This document shows, piece after piece, positions 1 to 12,174 of a stretch of 64,000 nt of DNA; the stretch's first letter is position 1, and every line of letters begins with the position of its first letter. The translations under genes were made by a program, and so were the position numbers. The DNA is from Halocafeteria seosinensis. Lineage: Eukaryota. The stretch lies in contig LVLI01000172.1 of the NCBI GenBank assembly GCA_001687465.1, forward strand, positions 1 to 64,000. Reading direction: 5' to 3'. The notes under the pieces are model-generated. The model was not told the DNA's origin and did not search any database. It saw only the letters and a program-made list of their open reading frames with translations.

Positions 1-71
1 TTTTTTTGCGATTCGTTCGCTCGGTAGGCCCATGGGAAACTTCAGGCACAATAGCTCATCTGACTGTAGAG

Positions 72-930
72 TCAGCTTGTCACTGTGTAGAGCTGCGAGC
101 TCAAGAAACAGCGAATCCAATTCCGGCCATGATTGACCATCCGAATTAATCCCTTGTTTGCGACATTATACAATGTCCGTGAATCGAGTCGGATATCTGC
201 CGAGTACTTGAAATGGTGTCGAGGAACAAATCGAACCCATTGGTAAATGCCGTCGACGAGGGATACATCTGTTCCCAATCCTTCAGTCATTGCACTAGCG
301 TACTCGAATACTTCTTCTCGCCGGGGTCGTTATCCAGATCACACGAAACGGACAGGTCGAAATTTTCCTCGTCCAAGTCTTCACTATGAAAAAATTCCCG
401 TTCCAATTGGCGGGCAATTTCCCCAGTACTCAGGTACAACATCACAAAATAGTTTGCTGCTTCTTTTTCTACCTCCTCTTTTCCTGTGCCCTTTGGTTTG
501 GCCTATTCTCCAATTTTACGAAACATCCAGTTGTATATGTTCCTAAAATCCTCGAACGAATAATCCTATCGCACTGAAAACTTAGTACTGTCCAGTGTAG
601 TTTTCGATTTCTCTTTATGCGCTTCAGAAAACTTGCCAAAGCATAGCTTTCGGGATACAGGACTGCCGGCGATGATACAATGAATTCTACCTCTACGGGC
701 TCGCCAATCTCTCCCAACTCTCCAATGATGGCTGGCCCTGTAGCAAAGTGACTCATTAAAATGTACTGGATTTCGTCCAGCAAAATAAAGCAGTATTCAT
801 CGCTCTTCGCAAGCTCGTCTAGTGCTCTGGTTCATGGCCGACGGGCAGGTTAGTGTATCTGCTGTTTCAGGAACAAAACGACGACGACCATAATCCAGAT
901 ACATCCCCGTGCGCACATGATCTATGAAAG
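72..930 (-). pseudogene. Decayed P-loop NTPase (STAND/Crinkler-associated NTPase-like) with frameshifts and stops
   Basis: Stitching minus-strand frames gives LDELAKSDEYCFILLDEIQY (Walker B, ~764-793), a frameshift near 700, then RGRIHCIIAGS (sensor-1-like), RKLCFGKF..LDSTKF, in-frame TAG at 568-566 and 505-503, LYLSTGEIARQLE (GxxR-like, ~406-438), another frameshift, then LDSRTLYNVANKGLIR. No Walker A found. Confidence 0.6.
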
Positions 931-1577
931 AATTAACTCTTTTATTAGGCTCTGGCGACATCATTGTTGGGTTTGGGGGTTGTACAGCATGTGCTACCCT
1001 TCGACGATATTCATTCCGTTTCCCAGAAGGAGTGCAAAATAGAGGTGGTCAAAGGCGCTTTGAGTCGATACCGAGTATACCACATTCGTCAGAAATCCCG
1101 GATTTCGTCCCATCCCTTCACCTGACTTCATGTGCCACCACCACACGTGGCCATACATGTATTACGTAGGGGGAAACCCATTACCCTTGGTAGTTTCGTC
1201 GTCGGCCCTCGTACGATGGTTCACGTTTTCAATGCTCTTGGGTGTGGTCGACGATTCCTGATTTTGGCTGCACTCGCCCAAAACTACAAATCGCAGCTTT
1301 GTGTTTGTGTGGCGGCCACTGGCGGGCCGATGCGGCCCGCGGCGGCTTCTTCAAGGTTTAATGTCAGGGAGGCAGGCGCCTTCGTACTTGTAGTCTCCCA
1401 GGGAAAAGGTTTGAAAGGTTCTCTCTCGCTACACATACACAAACGAACCAAAATTAAGTCGTCTGGTAGTTGTAGTTTAGTTTACTCATATTGTAGTTCT
1501 GCCCGTGTCGTGTAATTTTTACAGAAACCTTTGTATTTATCCCTTTCTTGTCGTAGCAGTGAGGGGAGGTTGCATGG

Positions 1578-3055
1578 ATGAAGAGAAGGGGTATGAATCC
1601 AAGGTCTCCACCTCCTTCTCCTACGGCTCCTGTTATCGATAGAGAGAGCGGTGGATCATCATCTGAGGCAGAATCTGCGTCTGAGTCTTCGGATAGAGGG
1701 ACAATGCAGCCACCACATGGAGGTGACGGTGGCCGAGGACCACCACCTCCTCCGTCGAATACTGTCGGCATCACCGTGCGCACATTGGATGACTCATTCC
1801 AGGTGAATATGGATCCCAAGAAAGATGTCTCGGAGCTAAAACAAAGAGTACGTGCAAGCATCATGTGTAGCAGAGTCTCCTTCTGCGGAGGGTCTTTTCG
1901 TTGACAAGAAGTCCATGTTATGGTGGTTGTACTCGCCGTTGAGAGGCAATGAAGCGATTTTTTTATTTTTTAATGATTTAGGAAGTTAACATTGATGTGG
2001 AATGCAGCTGCGAACGAATGAACTTGCGGACCAATGCTCGGGAAAGTTGATGCGCTTAATCTTCATGGGGAAAATGCTTGAAGAGGGCAAAACTCTGCAG
2101 TCATATGGGCTGAAACAAGGGTCAATTATTCACGTGGCCCTGAATGATGATCCTAGTAGTAGTAACAGTGGCAATAATTCTAGAGCAGGCTCACAAACGA
2201 GGACAGGAAGCAACCGAGGGCAGCAACCTCCGCGACAGAATCAGCAGAACCACAGCAATGAAGGTGGTGGTGGGGAAGAAGAGGGAAATAGAGGGTATAT
2301 TGATGATCCAGTGCTGCGAACTCGGGGATTCGGTCGTTTACGGCAAATTGGGTTAGATGACCATCAGATTCAGGCTATAAGAACGGCTCATCGAGAGGAT
2401 ATTCAGAGCATAGAGAATGAAGTACCGAGGACGGAAGGGGAATCAGAATCGGAACGCATTGCGAGGCTCGAGGAACAATGGATGCATAGACAGGGACCTT
2501 ACAGTGAATTTGGTAAGTACAATGATTTAGTCGGAATGACAATAGAAGATTTCCAAAAGATGGAATTGCTCTCCTCTCGGTGCAGCACTGAATATGAGAA
2601 TGGTCATGTTTTCTTCCGATCACTCAAACAATTCTAACTCCAGCGAGGGTACAGGTTCTCGAGCCGGTGGAAGTGCTCCCTCGCTTAATTTTTGGAGACG
2701 CAGAAATACAGGAACAGAGGACGATCAAGATCAGGGGAATCCCTGCATGGAATTCTTTTGCGGATTCTTACTGGGTTTCTTCTTCGGATTCTTCACTCTT
2801 ATTTGGGCAACGTGCACTGGCACCTCAGCCAGAATGCGGGCAGGAATCGTGTGTGGAATCGGACTTAACATCCTCAGCCAAGTGGCTAGGGTAAACTATG
2901 AAGAGCAACAGCATCCCTCATCGTCCTCTTCTACACCTAAACATCATGATTATGATGCGCCTGGGTTCCAGTTCCCCGATTGGCCGCATTTGAGCGGTGA
3001 CGGTTTCGGATTTTCATTTAGTGGACAGAGTCATTTACGTGGATCGCACCTGTAG
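1578..3055 (+). CDS. Ubiquitin-like domain membrane protein, DSC3/DUF2407-like
   Basis: Three exons (introns 1848-2007 and 2513-2585, GT-AG, frame-preserving). UBL fold (ITVRTLD...MRLIFMGKMLEEGKTLQSYGLKQGSIIHVAL), RGFGRLRQIGL motif, QGPYSEFALN across the splice, and two hydrophobic segments (GFLLGFFFGFFTLIW; GIVCGIGLNI). Confidence 0.75.
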
Positions 3056-3880
3056 GATTTCCCTTTAGAACGATTGGGTTATAAGAAGGACTTAAGATAT
3101 TACTACCTACACACTGGTTAGAGTATGAGTGTGCATTTCGAACCGTGAAACAACAGTATTGCATGAGGAGTTTCCGGTCGCATATTAAGTTACCTCTCCA
3201 TCACATCAAACATCGGTTCAAGGCACATGTTGTACTCATAAAGTAGCTAGTGCCTATCATAAAAAGCATTCTTCCCCCTTTGTACAACTTGTAATCCTCC
3301 TTCATTGCATGTTCATTTAGTGCTAAGCCTCCAGGTTGCCAGCGGCGAAGTTTGCTTCTCTATAGCTCTTGGCATTCATTCGACTGTAACCAAAAAGCAA
3401 CATTCCAAATGACGGTACAGGAGGTTCAAAAAGAAGGACTTTATCGCCATGAAAGGCTACATACTCTTTAGAAAATGCTCTCAGATAGCTCTGGAACAAA
3501 GGACTGCTGGGCAAGTAAATCATTGTTTTCGGGCTGTTCTTTCCGTTTCCCACTGGATCCAAATTGAACCAAACGTGTTCGTTTGCACTTTCTCTCAAAA
3601 GAATTCGACAGGTCACTTATTCCTGCTGGATAAACCTCTAGAATCGCGTATGAATGCCATTGAATGGCCATTGGCCACGGCAAATCCGGGCACTGAGCCC
3701 GGCTTCCGGGGTGAACGCCCGGCAGGCTGCAGCGGCACGTGGACTGAAGAACTTCAAGATATTGAACCCGGATTGTTTGGAGAGCGTATACAGCTACCAA
3801 AATTCACCTGAAATTTACTATCAATTTTTAATTGATTCGTATTTCACTCTTTGTGTTTTCTCCCATTAACTCGCGACGAA

Positions 3881-5114
3881 ATGGTAAGTTTAAGGAGCGT
3901 AATTGGGGGTGAGAGGAAAAGCTCCGTTGGCCGTTAGATCGAGGGTCGTTCCCAAGGGGAACTTGAAGGGGAGCCCGAGCGCTAGGGGAAAAATCGAGGA
4001 ATTCTAGCATATTTTGAGGTTCCTCCACGGCTTATGGTGGATATTTTTTGTGTACGAAATGTATAGGGTATATTTCTCATCATGAACGGAAGGTGTGGAG
4101 CGAAAATGCTCTGGAGTGCGAGTGAATTAGGAATCAAAGGGGCCGTTAGTGTTGCGTTTTGAGCTTGTTTGTTTACTTTTTGGCCCTTTCCAAGGGCTAT
4201 CTATCCATGGTGTATTGAAGGGAGGGCATGCTCCAAACAGGTGTTTGCAAGGGTTTTCTTCCTATATGGGCAAGTAGTATTTAGGGGCAAGACCCCCGAA
4301 CGGGGATATGAGATTTCAAACAAGAAATGAACGTTAAAGATGCCCAGGAATTTGAAACAGCACTACATCGTATACAACCCCTGGATAGACGGATGTCAAG
4401 GATGGTGGACAGTGTTACAAATACACTGCTCCAGTGCTAATATGAAGGGGTCGATGGAAAGGGGATATACTGTTTCTTTCGCTCGTTTCTCTCCCTTGTG
4501 TTTTGAAAATTTGAATCGTGTGTTTAACGGTGAAATCCCGAGTACGACTGTGGATGTGATTTGATTCACGATGTCTGTTTTTATTCTGCTTTGTCGCATA
4601 TACTAATTGTAACAAACAGAGTGGCAAAGGAGGAAAAGGTATGTAGTCTGAGAACAAACTCTTGTAGCGGTGTTCCTGGACTCACGCGCTCATGTTTTTT
4701 AAATTTTTTTTTGCAATTTCAGTTGGTGCCAAAGGCGGTAAAGGAGGAAAAGGTGGGAAAGGGCCGACCGCGAAAAAGACGCCGCAATCCCGTTCTTCCC
4801 GTGCTGGTCTTCAATTCCCTGTTGGACGTATCCATCGTTATCTGAAAGAACGAGTGACCAACCAGCAAAGGGTTGGTGCCACCGCCGCCGTATACACATC
4901 AGCTATTCTGGAGTATCTTATTGCCGAGGTATTGGAATTAGCAGGAAATGCTTCGAAGGATTTGAAGTTCAAGAGAATTACGCCTAGGCATTTACAACTC
5001 GCTATCCGAGGTGACGAAGAATTGGACACGCTGATCAAAGCAACTATCGCTGGTGGCGGTGTAATTCCCCATATTCACCGAACTCTCATCAACAAGAGCC
5101 AGAAGAAGAAGTAA
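3881..5114 (+). CDS. H2AZ: Histone H2A.Z
   Basis: [69 protein letters not shown] are H2A.Z-diagnostic. Model: ATG 3881-3883 / intron 3884-4619 / exon 4620-4638 / intron 4639-4722 / exon 4723-5114, 137 aa. The first exon is inferred. Confidence 0.95.
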
Positions 5115-5400
5115 AACACTTGCTGATTTCCCGAAACGTTGTATTTCCCAGATACTCTGGTTACATTGCGTGGATTAATCGAAGTGCGCGACTCCGAGGC
5201 CTGTTAACGATATTAGGGTGGTAGCTGTTTGATTGATGACTCTTAAGCCAGTCAACGAAATGTGTATAGCTACCAGGCAAACCAAGGCTGTTTACGTTTT
5301 CAGCCATGTAAAGTGCTGATGGCCTTCAGTATATCAATTCTTATTTGCGATTACCAAAAGAAAATAAACAACGCGTAAAGTGTACAACAATTGTTTCGTG

Positions 5401-8400
5401 CTACGCAACACCCGCAGCTCGCAACTTTTGTAGAAGCTGTCTAAATCGTTCCGCAACCATTCCTACGAGGGACGATTTGAACTCTGGAAGCACAACTTCC
5501 TCGAGAAGCTTTCGAGAACTCATATTCTGCGGAGAAAGCAAGGCACGCACAGTGGTGACCCTATAGTAAGTTATCATTACACTGCAAACTGGACTTACTG
5601 CAACAACGGGAGCTCCGAACCTTGCTGGAGCCAGCGGACCCAATAAGAACGTACAAAGACTTTCAGCGCGAGCCTCCAGAGAGCCTTGAGAAATCAACTT
5701 GGCATATTCTCTTAGACTGCGGGAAAATAGATGTTATATGACATACAGGAACGGACTTGAACGCATGGAAAAGAGCACACACTTACTATCGTCTGTATTC
5801 AGCAGGCTTACATAGTACTTGGAATTGTAACATTGCCTCCTCAACGAGTGTCAGTTTTTCAACAGTCAACCATTCTGATTCTTGAGAGCCGACTGAAGGC
5901 TCACCACTGGAAGCTTCCTCGGAAGAATCGTATAGGCTACTGACGAAGGAAGCCAACTCGGAATCGTTGCAATTCTCGGCATATTCTTTGTACAGATCCG
6001 TTTTACGCACACAATGACAAGTATCCTTTAGGAAACTCCGGGGAGCATTGTCATCTAATTCCTCAGAAGGAAGCCAAAGGGCACCAAGCGCTGAGCAGCG
6101 CTCCTTAGCGGATTCATGAACACTTGAAACACTCTGTGTATAAGGAGCAAGAACACTGTCAGTTTCCATTGGAAGCGTGTCGCTGGAGGAGGAGAGGGTA
6201 TAGGGTTGAGTGACTGTTTGCCAGCTTCCATAAGATGTCTGAACACCACTGGTGGTCATGTTCGTCACTGCACAACACCAAGTCAACGTTTTTCGTACAG
6301 AACTAATTACACGAGCAAAGTTTCGAGTTGCCCGTGCTTTTCGATCCGACTCGACCGAAGGATCGCGACTCCCCAGTGTGAACTTCTGCGCTCTCACGGT
6401 CAGCTGAGGCTGGGATTCCGAATTCAGTTTAAAGTGGTCAACCAGGGCTCCATAGAATGGTTGGAGGATTTGCTCAGGGCTGTTTGCACTTCGGTGATAT
6501 GTGTCCGGAAACTGATCTTGGCTGTGGCGAATATCCGCCAATATAGACGATATCGCGGGTTTGGCACTCAACACCTCAGCTTTCGATACATACATACGGA
6601 ACAAACATTTGGGAAATGCTGACGCCCAAGGACTATCCGTTGCATTTTGTTCTTCTCCGTTCACTTGATCGGTTTCTTGATTTTGGCTGCTTGCTCTTCT
6701 CACCGTCGTCACAGTCCACATCCTTATCAGACCATCACACCCGAGAGCTGCCACAACATATCTCTCGAGGCCAAGCAAACGAGTGTATTCATCTACAGAT
6801 GAGAGTGGCTTCTGACGGATCGATAGTCGACAGATAGGAGTTCCTAAGGCTGCCGAAGGTACCAACCGTTCTCCATCTCTACCAATAAAGGATATAATAC
6901 CGTTCCTGGTCCCAATAACGACAAACGTGGGTTTAACATGTTTGCTCGACTCACAAGATACTTGTGATTCTCTAGTATGGGCAGCAGCAGCAGCACAGAC
7001 ATCCGCAGGAACAGTGGTCTTCCAGCAAATACTAAACGTTCGATTCTCGACGAGCTGAATGTATGACACCGGGATTTTCGGTGAGTGACTCTCTACATCT
7101 CTAGCCCTATCAACCTGCACAGTGGGTTTATAGCGAACAGTGGACTCTAAGCACCAACGGGCCTCTTCGTCATTTTCTCCTTGGAGATAGAACACGGTGA
7201 TACTCCTGCGCGGAGGTGGGCACAAAAGACAAGCACCTGCAATCGACGATTCGGTTTCAGGAGTGTCGTTTTCACTGTAAGTAGAAGCGGAGGCGGCTTG
7301 CAATGCTTGCCATGCGTCATGAGAAGACAAAATCGATCCTCGCGCAAACGTAGAGCTACTTCCTCTTTCCGAACGTACACCTGTTTCCTCATCGCCATCT
7401 GACCTTGGGTCGCATTCTGATATACCTTGGGCTTGGGCTTCACTAGCGCGTTCGAATTTTGCAATGAAGGGCTCCACTGCAGATGGAACACCGTTTGGTC
7501 CAATTATTCCGATATCATCATTTTTCAAGAGCTGGTGCATTAACGAACCAGAAAATGCTCCCCCTCCAAACCCACCTTGTCCGTTAAGCGAGGGCGTCCC
7601 TGAACGATCACGTAGAGCAAACGAGCCTCCAGAATCTTGGACGCTGTCTAAGACCAATGATACTTCCAAATCAGCCTTATCATGTATGTCGAACCCTCGT
7701 TTTGTTAAATCACTATATATCCAGGCTAAGCATTTTTTGATACTGGTGGATATGTTTACTGCATTAGTTCTTTGACGCTTCGAATTGGGTCGGATATCGT
7801 CCTCGGTGCAAAGCTGTGGGACTAAGCGCTTGCGTCCACCTTTGTTTTCGACCTTCTGCGTGCTCAGAGCGCTCTCCCGGGAAGAGCGGCTCTGTACTGG
7901 AGTTGAAGTGGATGACGCATTGTTTTGGGACAAATTAGAAAAATTGCTGGTCCCACCGTCTCCCTCAGCAAGCTTTTCTGCGGACACGTCGCGAGCATGC
8001 TCGTTTACGCTATTAAAGCCGGCAAGCACTTCGGATGTATACGTCCATGACCTCATTTTATCAAAGACATGGGATCCATAGAGAGTAGAAATCTTGCTTT
8101 TGACACCTGTGGGATCTGCAACAACTCCCACTTCACCTTCAGTCAATACCAGACAACCAACAGTCCCGTCTATTGCGCTGGCCAGCAGAAACTGTGACTC
8201 TCCGCTCGGACTCACTCCCCAACTAGCATCTGTGATATGACCAGTGAATGCACCATCAACAACAACGAACGGAGAAGGCTGATCAGTTTTCCAAAAGCTA
8301 AGGACGCCTTCGTTGTCTCCGAGCGCACAGCAAACATGAGAATATTGCGGGGAGAGTCTCTTAGAAAGAAGCCTCGGTAGACACCGTGACACACCTACAG

Positions 8401-9466
8401 CCTTTTTGTGTCCGACAAGGTTCGCGACTACGCTACAATCCTTCCTGGCCAATATAGGAGATACAAACCGGGAGCTATTCATGCCAGAGGTAGTCACCAG
8501 TGACATACCGTCCGGACTCCAGTCTAGTCGACGAAACAGATTGACTTCACGGCACTTTTCATAGGGTGCACTGACCCTTTGTTCTAATATACATGTCTGT
8601 TCTTCCATTCTCCAAACAGCGACCGAATTGTCGTTCCCCGCCGTGGCAATGTACGTTCCAACAGGATCCCAGGAGACGCCATTAGCAATATCATGAGCCT
8701 TCTGCTTCAAGGACGGTTTTCTGACAAATACGGTATTTTTGGTACCTTTTGGTTTTATCTCAGAGTATTTCTTGTATAGTTTGTCATTGCGATATTCCTT
8801 GTACGTAGAATTCAGTTCCATAATCCCCTTTCTCAAATCCCAGATCGACAAATTACCATTGAATGAAACAGAGGCTATTCGGCAATCGCAAGGAGACCAA
8901 GCAAGGTCTTGTATTTCCGAATCTCCTTCGCCGAGTACCAGTGCCTTGCACCAGACTTCCAGATCCTCCTCTTCCTGCTGTTGGCCTGAGCCCATTCCAA
9001 ATCCTCCAGAGGATTTCTGAGCTTCCGGTCTCAATTCCCAGATGTAGATCAGCCCATCTTCGGACCCTGTTGCTAAGAATCGCCCTCCGTGGGACCACCT
9101 TACGATATTCACAGTAGCCGTATGAGCTGTCAATTTAGCCAAACATCGAGGCACTTTGATGCCGTCATCCCCTCCTGAAGAGGGGGTATCTTTAACCTTA
9201 TCCAGTTCGGTTTTGGAGGTTTGGAGGGCTGATTCCACTTTGGCATACATTTCATCCCCTAGTTCCGCCACGGGGCTAATAGCAGGGGCTGTCGACCATA
9301 TTCTCACTTGTGCATCTGCGCCTCCTGTGGCGAATCGCTTGCTCGTAGACTGCACATCGACGCTGTATATGGGACAAGATTGGGTCGTGGTGCCTGTCCC
9401 ATGCTCCTGATGGCTCCCTCTATAGCTCTGTTCATGGCGAACCCAGTGCGGTTTTTGGAATCTCAT
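5401..9466 (-). CDS. HIRA: HIRA histone H3.3 chaperone (WD40)
   Basis: MRFQKPHWVRH start, WD40 repeats, FRRLDWSPDG, B-domain GRKRLVPQ. Intron 5717-5786 joins EYRR-YLREYAKLISQ...LCTFLLGP, the HIRA C-terminus. Probable second intron 5527-5598. Confidence 0.93.
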
Positions 9467-11098
9467 TGTACAATGAAAATAACAGTGGTAACTAATTGCT
9501 TATTATAAACTAACAATACCCCAAACAAAGCAGATCTAATCAGGGTCCGGATGCGCTCCTCATTCAAACGATTTGAAATTCACACCTTGTACCCTCGTTC
9601 ACTCTACGAGTCGTAGACTACGACACAAGATAGGCATAGGTATCTCACACCATAACGACAATGTTTCTTTGCTCGATTATTTCGTCATCATTTTAATGGC
9701 ATGAAGCATTGTGGAAGTGAACACTGACCGTAGCCACACACAAACCAACGAATGTATCATACAGTATTGTAGGTGAATTCCAGGTACCAGTACAACTCTC
9801 CAGTATACTAGCTAAAGAATTTCAGTACCGGTTGCAAGAATATTGGAAGCTGAAAGAATGTCTCTCGGACCGCGGAACGTAGCTGGTTTCGGAAAAACCA
9901 TATTCAGAGAATTTCAGACTAAGCATGCTTTCTTCAGACTAAGCTCTATCTTCATAGTAAATCAAATACAACACACACCTAGACGCTAGAGGTACAAGGG
10001 TAGTTCTCAGAGTTCTGCTGTAGACAGTAGAACTTCCAACACTGCAACAATCTGAGGAAGCGAGAGTTTCATACCTCGACAGAAATTGGGGATCTTCGGG
10101 TATCCCGAATGCAAATCAATGTACAAGTAGTAGTGTGTATTATTTATGGCCTACCGGGCCGTAGTACTTGCTAAGTGGGAATGTAGTTGGCGGATCTTCA
10201 CGCCGTCGAAGATCTGCTCCTGCATTGCGCTCACAACACTCGGACTCTTTGTGAGTGTAAGGTTCTTCACACGTATCCTTTCAGAGCGTCTTGGCCCTGT
10301 ACAATACCCAGAATACCGCTACCCTGGTACACTGAGGTTCACCCAGCACAGAAATAAAGAGATAGTGTAGCGTGCGCCACTGTATGATTCGCAAACGATC
10401 GTAGACACGACTCTTCGTCGACGCGTGCGGCCACTAAATTAATTGGTAGACTATTAGTAGTACGGTGGCACTAATGCTCAAAATTGAGCCCAAAGGGTCA
10501 TTGTCCCAGCTGGGCCAGCCCCCACAAACGGCACGCTGTACTCCCCCTTTGCAAAAGGCCTTTGGTCTCCCCTTCGACTCGGCTTCGGGGCGTCCCTAGC
10601 TGTAGTAATAGGGTCCGCCAATTGCGGCGCCAACGGTCCAGCTGATCCGGCGGAAAGTCCAGCTCACGAGGCTTCCCTCGCAGTTAATTGTTGATCGACC
10701 GGATAGTTCGAGACATTTTTATCCTCGTGCATCATACATTAACGGGTAAGGCCTTCATGCTCTCCAGTTGATATTTAGCTTGAGTACCTTATGGGTGAAA
10801 TTCGCGGTGAATGAAGACACGCTCGTTTCAAGGGGGTGGGAGGACGTTGCCACAGAGCAAATGCCGCAAAACCCAGGAGATGGGGACTTATGGGGCGCCC
10901 AGATGTGCCTCCTGCTTGCGCTGTCCGCTGGCTTCATATGTACCTTTCACTGTGATCTATTTAACTTCGTGTGTTATCGAAAATGCGTGCCGTGCAAAGG
11001 ACGAAGATTGCATAACTGTATTCCGCAGGTCTGTTAGGAAGCTCTGCAAAATAGCCACATCGCTTTGCTCAAATTGATTCCACTTCTCGCTTGTCATC

Positions 11099-11965
11099 AT
11101 GGCAGAAGAATTCGAACGGGTTACAAACATGATTTTCGAACTGCATGCGGATGCCGATACGGATCCAAACGTGGAGGGCTTTCAGTTCAGAGGTGCGGGC
11201 TATGGAATCCCGATGAACGTCTTCTACAACATCCGCTGCAACGATGCCAAGTATTTTACCGACAAACTTGCTGAACTCATTCCGAAACTCGGTTACGACA
11301 CCTATCAGGTTGCCCTCTTTCCGACTTCTACTCCGCAAGGGCTCGCAAAAGAACTCGAGAAAATGCAGATAAATGGAAAGCCAGTCTTTCCTTTCTGCAT
11401 GAACGTTCCTTGTCTGGAGCTGGGTGCTGAACACTACACACGGCTAAAAGACGGGAAGGGGCTTCAGGAGGCGATGAAATCTGGGGAAATTACTTTCGAG
11501 AATGCGTCTCCTGAAAATATTCGAGAAATTTCATTTCTCTTGTATTGTAGCGCCGGTCCTTACAAAGAAGAGGTGGCTAAACCGTTCGAAGAGAGATTGC
11601 CAAAAATTGATAGCGGTATTGCTGGACAAGCTCAACCTTATCATATTAACGTACTCATGCGGTACAAGGGCAAACCTATCGCCACGGGAGACTACTTTGT
11701 TACCGAAGATGGTATCGGCTTTCTTCCCTTCTTCGCAATTCACCCGATTGAGCTTGGGAAGGGTTTCTCGAAGCTTCTGCTGCAGAAGCTGGTCTATGAT
11801 GCTATCAACATCGGTGGCGCCAAGAGAATCCTAATGTGCAACGACATGATGCAAGGCGAAGAAGATGGCACCAAAACATTTGCAGCAGAAGGCTTCGAGC
11901 ACGTCTGCGATGCGACGTTTTGCATATGCCCTACCCCTGCTTCTGCCTGGGCTGAGGGGGCATAA
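11099..11965 (+). CDS. Intronless GNAT-family acetyltransferase-like protein
   Basis: 288-aa ORF. The C-terminal half has a GNAT pattern: GKPIATG...IGFLPFFAIHPIELGKGFSKLLLQKLVYDA (motif A-like) and FAAEGFEHV (motif B-like). Confidence 0.65.
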   Translation: MAEEFERVTNMIFELHADADTDPNVEGFQFRGAGYGIPMNVFYNIRCNDAKYFTDKLAELIPKLGYDTYQVALFPTSTPQGLAKELEKMQINGKPVFPFCMNVPCLELGAEHYTRLKDGKGLQEAMKSGEITFENASPENIREISFLLYCSAGPYKEEVAKPFEERLPKIDSGIAGQAQPYHINVLMRYKGKPIATGDYFVTEDGIGFLPFFAIHPIELGKGFSKLLLQKLVYDAINIGGAKRILMCNDMMQGEEDGTKTFAAEGFEHVCDATFCICPTPASAWAEGA

Positions 11966-12174
11966 TTGAACTTAGCTTTAGCAATCAACAAACAATACAC
12001 AATGCCTCAGTTGGAATTATTATGTGCTGCTGGCGATACTCGCTGAAGACCGTTTTCCGAGGTGTCGCTAGAACGAGTACAGTGGAGGAAGGAGAAGCAG
12101 CAAAGCCAGCGTCCGTAAATGCTGCTAAACGATTGGGGCTGACGGTACCTGTATTTCCTTTGCTCTTCACGTTA

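Noticed and set aside
3060..3811. Overlapping 70-120 aa ORFs on both strands
   Set aside because: No family motif and stops in all plausible joins; kept only as a possible antisense transcript.
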